Assembly: GCA_964437495.1 (NCBI GenBank) | Contig: CAYTGV010000006.1 | Location: 18,529-82,528, forward strand | DNA length: 64,000 nt | Origin: an uncultured Planctomycetia bacterium | GTDB lineage: Bacteria > Omnitrophota > Gorgyraeia > B26-G9 | Reading direction: 5' to 3' | Program-made: the position numbers and the translations under genes | The notes under the pieces: generated by a model | The model's input: the letters and a program-made list of their open reading frames with translations, nothing else | Database searches by the model: none | What the model was told of the DNA's origin: nothing | Shown: positions 58,794 to 64,000 of the stretch, piece by piece | How positions within the stretch are numbered: position 1 is the stretch's first letter | How the letters are laid out: each line of letters opens with the position of its first letter

Positions 58794-59429
58794 TCAAGCA
58801 CTATTTATACTTTTTAAATTTTGTATTTGAACAATAATAGCATTTGAAAAATTTTGATACTCTTCTTTTATTTTATCCTTGGGCAATTCCGAGTTAAAAT
58901 ACATAGGCTTACTAAAATGAACACTCAAAGGGACAAAAAATTTAATCTTTTTAGAACCGGCACTTAAGGCTATATCTGTTCCTTTAATAAAAGTGGGCAC
59001 AACCGGCATTTTTGACTTTGCCGCCAGCATACTCACCCCTGCCTGCCCCTCACTTATTTCTCCGCTTGTACTGCGGGTTCCTTCCGGAAAGATTATCAAG
59101 GTGCCTTCACTTTTAAGTTTATTTATAGCAAAACGTATTGATTTAAGATCAGCGCTACCTCTTTCTAAGGGAAAGGCATTTAAGGCTCTTATTAATCCTC
59201 CAAAGATCGGATTTGTGAACAATTCCTGCTTAGACATAAAGCTTAATACTCTAGGACTGGCAATACTCAGAACAACCGGATCAAGATAACTCAAATGATT
59301 AGATGCTATGATACAGCCGCCTGTTTTGGGAAGATTCTTAGCTCCGCTGTATTTAAAGAAAAAAAATATTTTAAATGTTATAAAAAGAAGAAAGCGGCAA
59401 AATTTGTAAAAAATATATCTATTCTTCAT
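58794..59429 (-). CDS. plsC: 1-acyl-sn-glycerol-3-phosphate acyltransferase
   Basis: SNH.SYLDP (HX4D motif), IFPEGTRS, PVVP..I.G. Confidence 0.93.
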   Translation of the reverse strand: MKNRYIFYKFCRFLLFITFKIFFFFKYSGAKNLPKTGGCIIASNHLSYLDPVVLSIASPRVLSFMSKQELFTNPIFGGLIRALNAFPLERGSADLKSIRFAINKLKSEGTLIIFPEGTRSTSGEISEGQAGVSMLAAKSKMPVVPTFIKGTDIALSAGSKKIKFFVPLSVHFSKPMYFNSELPKDKIKEEYQNFSNAIIVQIQNLKSINSA

Positions 59430-60081
59430 CTTTTATATGACTCAAGAGGCAGTTTACAACCTCGGTTATATTCATTGAAGATGTATCAATATAAATTGCA
59501 TCTTCTGCTTGCTTAAGCGGTCCACACTCTCTGGTGAAATCTCGTTTGTCCCTTTCTTTAATCTGCCGAACTATTTCATCAAGTCCCAAATCAATCCCTT
59601 TTTGCTCAAGATCAAGCTTGCGTCTTTTTGCCCGAACCTTGACCTTTGCGTCAAGATAAAACTTTTTTTTTGCATAGGGAAATACCACAGTCCCGATATC
59701 TCTGCCTTCCATTACAATACTGTTATTTTGGGCATAATCCCTTTGAAACCTAACCATCAAATTACGGATTTCAGCAATAGCCGCAATATGAAAAACAGCA
59801 TTTGTCACCGCCGGCTTTCTTATAGCAGCACTCACATCCTCTCCATCAAGCAAAACAATTGTCCTATTATCCTCGCCTTTTTTTAATTTTATATCTGTTT
59901 GTTTTGCAATCTCAACAAGCTTTGGGATATCCTCAAAATCAGCCTTAAGCCAAAGTACTTTTAAAGTCTGTGCCCGGTACATCGCGCCTGTATCCACATA
60001 AAGATATTCCAATCTCTCAGCCAACAGTTTAGCTATTGTGCTTTTACCTGCACCGGCCGGTCCATCTATAGCGATAATCAT
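59419..60081 (-). CDS. cmk: Cytidylate kinase
   Basis: IAIDGPAGAGKST, DTGAMYR, EGRDIGTVVFP, RD..D..R..PL. Start at MIIAIDG. Confidence 0.97.
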   Translation of the reverse strand: MIIAIDGPAGAGKSTIAKLLAERLEYLYVDTGAMYRAQTLKVLWLKADFEDIPKLVEIAKQTDIKLKKGEDNRTIVLLDGEDVSAAIRKPAVTNAVFHIAAIAEIRNLMVRFQRDYAQNNSIVMEGRDIGTVVFPYAKKKFYLDAKVKVRAKRRKLDLEQKGIDLGLDEIVRQIKERDKRDFTRECGPLKQAEDAIYIDTSSMNITEVVNCLLSHIKDEE

Positions 60082-60140
60082 ATTTTCCTGTTTACCCTGA
60101 GCGAGCAAAAAATTCTCTAACAGAGTTTATTTAAGTTTTC

Positions 60141-60986
60141 CTATTTTATACTCAGTCTTTTTTTTCTTGCCCTCTGCAGCTGCAAGGTGATTTGTTTGCC
60201 CTGCGATGATATAATTGCCTGTTTCATTTTTTTTAAAACCATTTCAAAATTTTCTATTCTACTCAATATTGCTTTTTTATTGCTAAATATTATATCATGC
60301 CATACCTCAACGCTGCTGGCAGCTATACGAGTTGTATCTTTAAATCCAGAAGCGGCAAACTTAAAATATTTATCCGGCACACTGTTAACAAGAGCCACGC
60401 TAATTAAATGCGGCAAATGGCTGAGAGAAGCCACGATATTATCATGAACACGCGGATCTATCCCTACACATTTTGCTCCCATTTTCTTCCAAAGATCACT
60501 CACAATTGCATAGGCTGATTTTTTTGTATTTTGAGTCTTGGCAATAAAACATATTGACTCTTTAAAAAGATCTATGTGAGCAAAGTCTACTCCGGTATTC
60601 TCAGAACCAGCCATAGGGTGAGTACCAATAAAATAAACATCCTTAGGCAGCAGTTTTTGCGACTGGACGACAATCTCATTTTTAGTACTTCCGACATCAA
60701 AAATAATACAGCCTGGTTTTAAAACAGGTATGATTTGCCTGATTATGTTTTCAAAAGCCTTTACCGGAGTACATATCATAATAAGATCTGCATCAAGGGC
60801 AGCTTTTTTTAAGTCTGTTTGCGCTTTGTTGATTGCCTTTTTTTTTAAGGCTTTTCTCAGGGTCTCTTTATCCCGGGCTACTCCGATAACTGTTGAGGCC
60901 ATTTTACTTTTACACAAAAATATCCCTATTGAGCCGCCGATAAGCCCCGGACCGATAATAACTGCTTTTTTAAATTTCAAATTCAT
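60141..60986 (-). CDS. tyrA: Prephenate dehydrogenase
   Basis: G.GLIGGS, DVGSTK, HPMAGSE, HD..VA..SHLPH, GF.DTTRIA.S. Confidence 0.95.
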   Translation of the reverse strand: MNLKFKKAVIIGPGLIGGSIGIFLCKSKMASTVIGVARDKETLRKALKKKAINKAQTDLKKAALDADLIMICTPVKAFENIIRQIIPVLKPGCIIFDVGSTKNEIVVQSQKLLPKDVYFIGTHPMAGSENTGVDFAHIDLFKESICFIAKTQNTKKSAYAIVSDLWKKMGAKCVGIDPRVHDNIVASLSHLPHLISVALVNSVPDKYFKFAASGFKDTTRIAASSVEVWHDIIFSNKKAILSRIENFEMVLKKMKQAIISSQGKQITLQLQRARKKRLSIK

Positions 60987-60988
60987 AT

Positions 60989-62002
60989 TCAGATCTTTCT
61001 TCCCACAGCCTCGGCCACAGCCCTTACCTCTTTTACCATTTTTTCAAAATTATCAGTATTCAATGACTGAGTTCCATCAGAGACAGCCTCTTCCGGATGA
61101 ACATGAACCTCCACCAATAGCCCGTCCGCACCTGCAGCTACAGCTGCCCTGCTCACAGGCGTAACCAATCCCCATTTCCCCGTGCCATGAGAAGGATCAA
61201 CTACAATCGGCAGATGGGAAAGCATCTTTATAGCGGGGACGGCATTAATATCCAATGTATTGCGGGTATAGGTTTCAAATGTACGTATTCCGCGTTCACA
61301 CAAAATAACATTAAAATTATCTTCATTTAAAATATATTCCGCGCTCATAAGAAATTCTTTTATGGTTGCCATCATGCCTCTTTTTAACAAAACAGGCCTC
61401 TTGGAAATACCAATTTCTTTTAGCAAATTAAAATTCTGCATATTCCTGGCCCCCACCTGCATAATATCAACATATTTCGCCATTAACTCTACATCACGCG
61501 GGTCAATAACCTCAGTCACGCTTAAAAGTCCGACCTCATCACAAACCTGTTTCATAATCTTTAGGCCTTCTACTCCCAGCCCTTGGAAGGAATAAGGAGA
61601 TGTCCTTGGCTTAAAAGCTCCTCCTCGCAAAATCCTTGCTCCAGATTTCTTTACATTTACGGCAATTTCACGCAGAGTTTGAAGATTTTCTATTGCGCAT
61701 GGTCCTCCCATTATCACAATCTCTTCCCCGCCTATAGCCACGTCTTTGACCTTAACCACACTGCTTTGGGGTTTAAATTCACGGGAGACCAGTTTAAACT
61801 GAGAAAGAACTGCTATGACTTGTTCTACCCCAGGATATGCCTCCAGAGGCTGAACTCGAATTTTATCTTCCTCTCCGATTACACCGATAATTGAGCGTTC
61901 CACCCCTTCAGAAACCATAGTTTTAAGCCCAAGAGAGTGAACTTTGTCAATTATCCTTTTCTTTTCATCTGCCGTAGTATTTGACTTAAGAACTATTATC
62001 AT
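60989..62002 (-). CDS. aroF: DAHP synthase type I-beta with an N-terminal ACT-like domain
   Basis: GPCAIE, RGGAFKPRTSPYSFQG, GARNMQN, LKRG, CERGIRT, DPSH. Confidence 0.96.
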   Translation of the reverse strand: MIIVLKSNTTADEKKRIIDKVHSLGLKTMVSEGVERSIIGVIGEEDKIRVQPLEAYPGVEQVIAVLSQFKLVSREFKPQSSVVKVKDVAIGGEEIVIMGGPCAIENLQTLREIAVNVKKSGARILRGGAFKPRTSPYSFQGLGVEGLKIMKQVCDEVGLLSVTEVIDPRDVELMAKYVDIMQVGARNMQNFNLLKEIGISKRPVLLKRGMMATIKEFLMSAEYILNEDNFNVILCERGIRTFETYTRNTLDINAVPAIKMLSHLPIVVDPSHGTGKWGLVTPVSRAAVAAGADGLLVEVHVHPEEAVSDGTQSLNTDNFEKMVKEVRAVAEAVGRKI

Positions 62003-62017
62003 TTTTTTATCCCCCGA

Positions 62018-63112
62018 TTAATCTTTAAGAAATTTCTTAAGATATTTTAAAAATAATCCATTTTCCTTATTAGTACCGAAAGTCACTCTTATAAAGCCCT
62101 TCAGGCCCCATACAGACATTTCCCGCACGATAATCCCTTTTTGCATCAGCTTATCATAAATCTCCAGGCTCTTAACTCCCAAATTAACCAAAACAAAGTT
62201 TGCAACACTCGGCACATAAAATAGCTTCATTTTGTCAAATTCATCACACAATAATTTCTTGCCATCCTTCACCATTTTTTGAGACTGCAGTAAATATTTT
62301 TTATCATCAAGAGCGGCAGTTGCGCCAATCTGAGCAAGCATATTCACATTAAAGGGCTCACGCACTTGATTCATGTATCCGATTATTTCCTTGCTTGCCG
62401 CTGCCCAGCCAATACGCAGGCCACCCAACCCATAAACCTTGGAAAAACTGCGGCTGACGATAACATTTCCCCGGCTGATATAACACAGGCAATCAGGATA
62501 GTCTCGAGCGCTGATAAATTCAACATACGCCTCATCAAAAAATACAATTATGTCCTTGGATAATCCTTTTAGAAATTTTTCCACTTCCCTCCGGTTCACA
62601 TAACTTCCGGTCGGGTTATCCGGATTGGCAATAAAGATCATTTTAGTTTTCAGAGTTATTTTTTTCTTCATTGCCTCAAGGTCATAATGAAACTCCTTTA
62701 AAGGCACACTGACTATTTTCGCACCCACAATAGTCGCGGCTATCTTATAAACCATAAACGTAGGATAGGCGATAATAACTTCATCGCCCTTATTAATAAA
62801 CGCTCGCAGTGCAAGCACTATAAGCTCATCTGAGCCGTTACCGATAATCAAATTTTCCATACGCAGCTTAAATTTTTTTGACAAAGCTTTTTTCAGGAAA
62901 AGGCAATTGCCGTCCGGATAGCGGTTGATGTTCAAAACCCCCTTTTTAATAGCAGCCACTGCTTTGGGTGATGGCCCCAAGGAATTTTCATTTGACGCCA
63001 TTTTGTATACATTTTTCAACCCAAATTCCCGTTTAACCTCTTCAATCGGCTTTCCTGGCTTATAAGGTTTTATTGCGCGTATAGATTTTTTGACAAGTTT
63101 TTCGATATTCAT
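62018..63112 (-). CDS. hisC: Histidinol-phosphate/aromatic aminotransferase
   Basis: Y.PG, ASNEN.LG, RYPD, GNGSDE, NPDNPTG, DEAY, SFSK.YGL.GLR.G. Confidence 0.95.
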   Translation of the reverse strand: MNIEKLVKKSIRAIKPYKPGKPIEEVKREFGLKNVYKMASNENSLGPSPKAVAAIKKGVLNINRYPDGNCLFLKKALSKKFKLRMENLIIGNGSDELIVLALRAFINKGDEVIIAYPTFMVYKIAATIVGAKIVSVPLKEFHYDLEAMKKKITLKTKMIFIANPDNPTGSYVNRREVEKFLKGLSKDIIVFFDEAYVEFISARDYPDCLCYISRGNVIVSRSFSKVYGLGGLRIGWAAASKEIIGYMNQVREPFNVNMLAQIGATAALDDKKYLLQSQKMVKDGKKLLCDEFDKMKLFYVPSVANFVLVNLGVKSLEIYDKLMQKGIIVREMSVWGLKGFIRVTFGTNKENGLFLKYLKKFLKD

Positions 63113-63139
63113 TGTTAATCTCCAGAAATTTCTAATATT

Positions 63140-64000
63140 TTAAACACTTTGCGGATAAGAACCAACGATTTTAATAAAATGACATTTCTTTTCTAAATTA
63201 TTCAAGGCCTTTTTTAATCGTGGTTCTTTAATATGCCCCTGCATATCTACGAAGAAATAATAATCCCAAGCCTTTTTCTTTGAAGGCCTTGATTCTATTT
63301 TTGTAAGGTTTATTTTCGCTTTTTTAAATACCAACAGCATCTCATGCAATGCTCCAACCCTATCTTTTATAGAAAAAAGTATCGATGTTTTATCCCTGCC
63401 TGTATAACCCGCCTCTTTTTTCCCAATAACAAGAAACCGGGTAACATTATGCGAAGAGTCCTCTATGGATTTTACTTTTAGCTTAACCTTATATATCTGC
63501 GCAGCCAGAGAGCTGGCAATAGCAGCTGAATTTTTCTCCCTAGCACATATCTCCGCCGCCTTTGTCGTGCTTGAAATCTCCATAAGATGCCGTCCCGGCA
63601 GATTAGTCTCAAGCCACAAACGGCACTGCCCAAATACCTGTGATTTACTGTACACCTTTTTGATATCTCTAAGCTTACAGTTGCACAAGAGATTATGTTC
63701 AATACTTAGGCTTATTTCAGAACAAATCTTAAGATCTGAATCAACAAACATATCAAGCGTATGACTTATGGCTCCCTCTATAGAATTTTCTACAGGCACA
63801 ACGCCAAAATCACTGCTGCCGCGTTCAACTTCATTAAAAACATCTGTGATTGTCTGCATGCTTACATACTCAACCTGTGCGCCGAATTTCTTCTGGCTGG
63901 CAAGATGAGTAAAAGTCGCCTCAGGCCCAAGATAAGCCACTTTCATCGGTCTTTGCAGCATTATAGTTCCAGACATTATCTCACGGTAAACAGCAGCTAA
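63140..64000 (-). CDS. pheA: Chorismate mutase/prephenate dehydratase (P-protein); 5' part outside the window
   Basis: The frame stays open to the window edge (LAAVYREIMSG, end of the CM domain), then AYLGPEATF, VP.ENS.EG, N.TRF, NLTKIESRP. Confidence 0.95.
   Translation of the reverse strand, partial: LAAVYREIMSGTIMLQRPMKVAYLGPEATFTHLASQKKFGAQVEYVSMQTITDVFNEVERGSSDFGVVPVENSIEGAISHTLDMFVDSDLKICSEISLSIEHNLLCNCKLRDIKKVYSKSQVFGQCRLWLETNLPGRHLMEISSTTKAAEICAREKNSAAIASSLAAQIYKVKLKVKSIEDSSHNVTRFLVIGKKEAGYTGRDKTSILFSIKDRVGALHEMLLVFKKAKINLTKIESRPSKKKAWDYYFFVDMQGHIKEPRLKKALNNLEKKCHFIKIVGSYPQSV

Overview
64 kb of core chromosome from a low-GC bacterium. Gene content and order suggest a PVC-group lineage such as Ca. 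Omnitrophota; this is inference, not tested. About 54 protein genes, one pseudogene and one tRNA lie on the minus strand without exception. In transcription order: pheA(partial)-hisC-aroF-tyrA-cmk-plsC-rpsA, tyrS-recG, an NSS transporter, fusA2, a lone pilin, yebC-ruvCAB-queH-queA, tgt, an SGNH/TPR protein, yajC-secDF-rnfE-rnfA-DUF502-glycosyltransferase-udg-xerD, tRNA-Arg(CCG), a DHH/CBS tRNA nucleotidyltransferase, a decayed DUF503 gene, rbfA-nrnA, truB, ribF, lysC-cimA-valS-nadC-pilT-uvrB-birA, coaX, groES-groEL (CIRCE), guaB3, aspS, LysM-phoH-pgpH-ybeY-dgkA-recO-glyQS-ppdK(partial). No CRISPR, rRNA, prophage or transposase was seen. The unusual signal is non-coding. Nearly every long spacer is built from shared modules: 6-, 7- and 10-nt tandem arrays, REP-like palindromes, interchangeable mini-hairpins, a two-copy ~310-370 bp structured repeat with compensatory base changes, and nested MITE-like elements. 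The same kinds of DNA have entered proteins in frame: two heptamer arrays in ValRS, and a 123-bp inverted-repeat element in a prepilin leader that rebuilds the G|F cleavage site. The last 50 bp of xerD are duplicated around a 547-bp insert.
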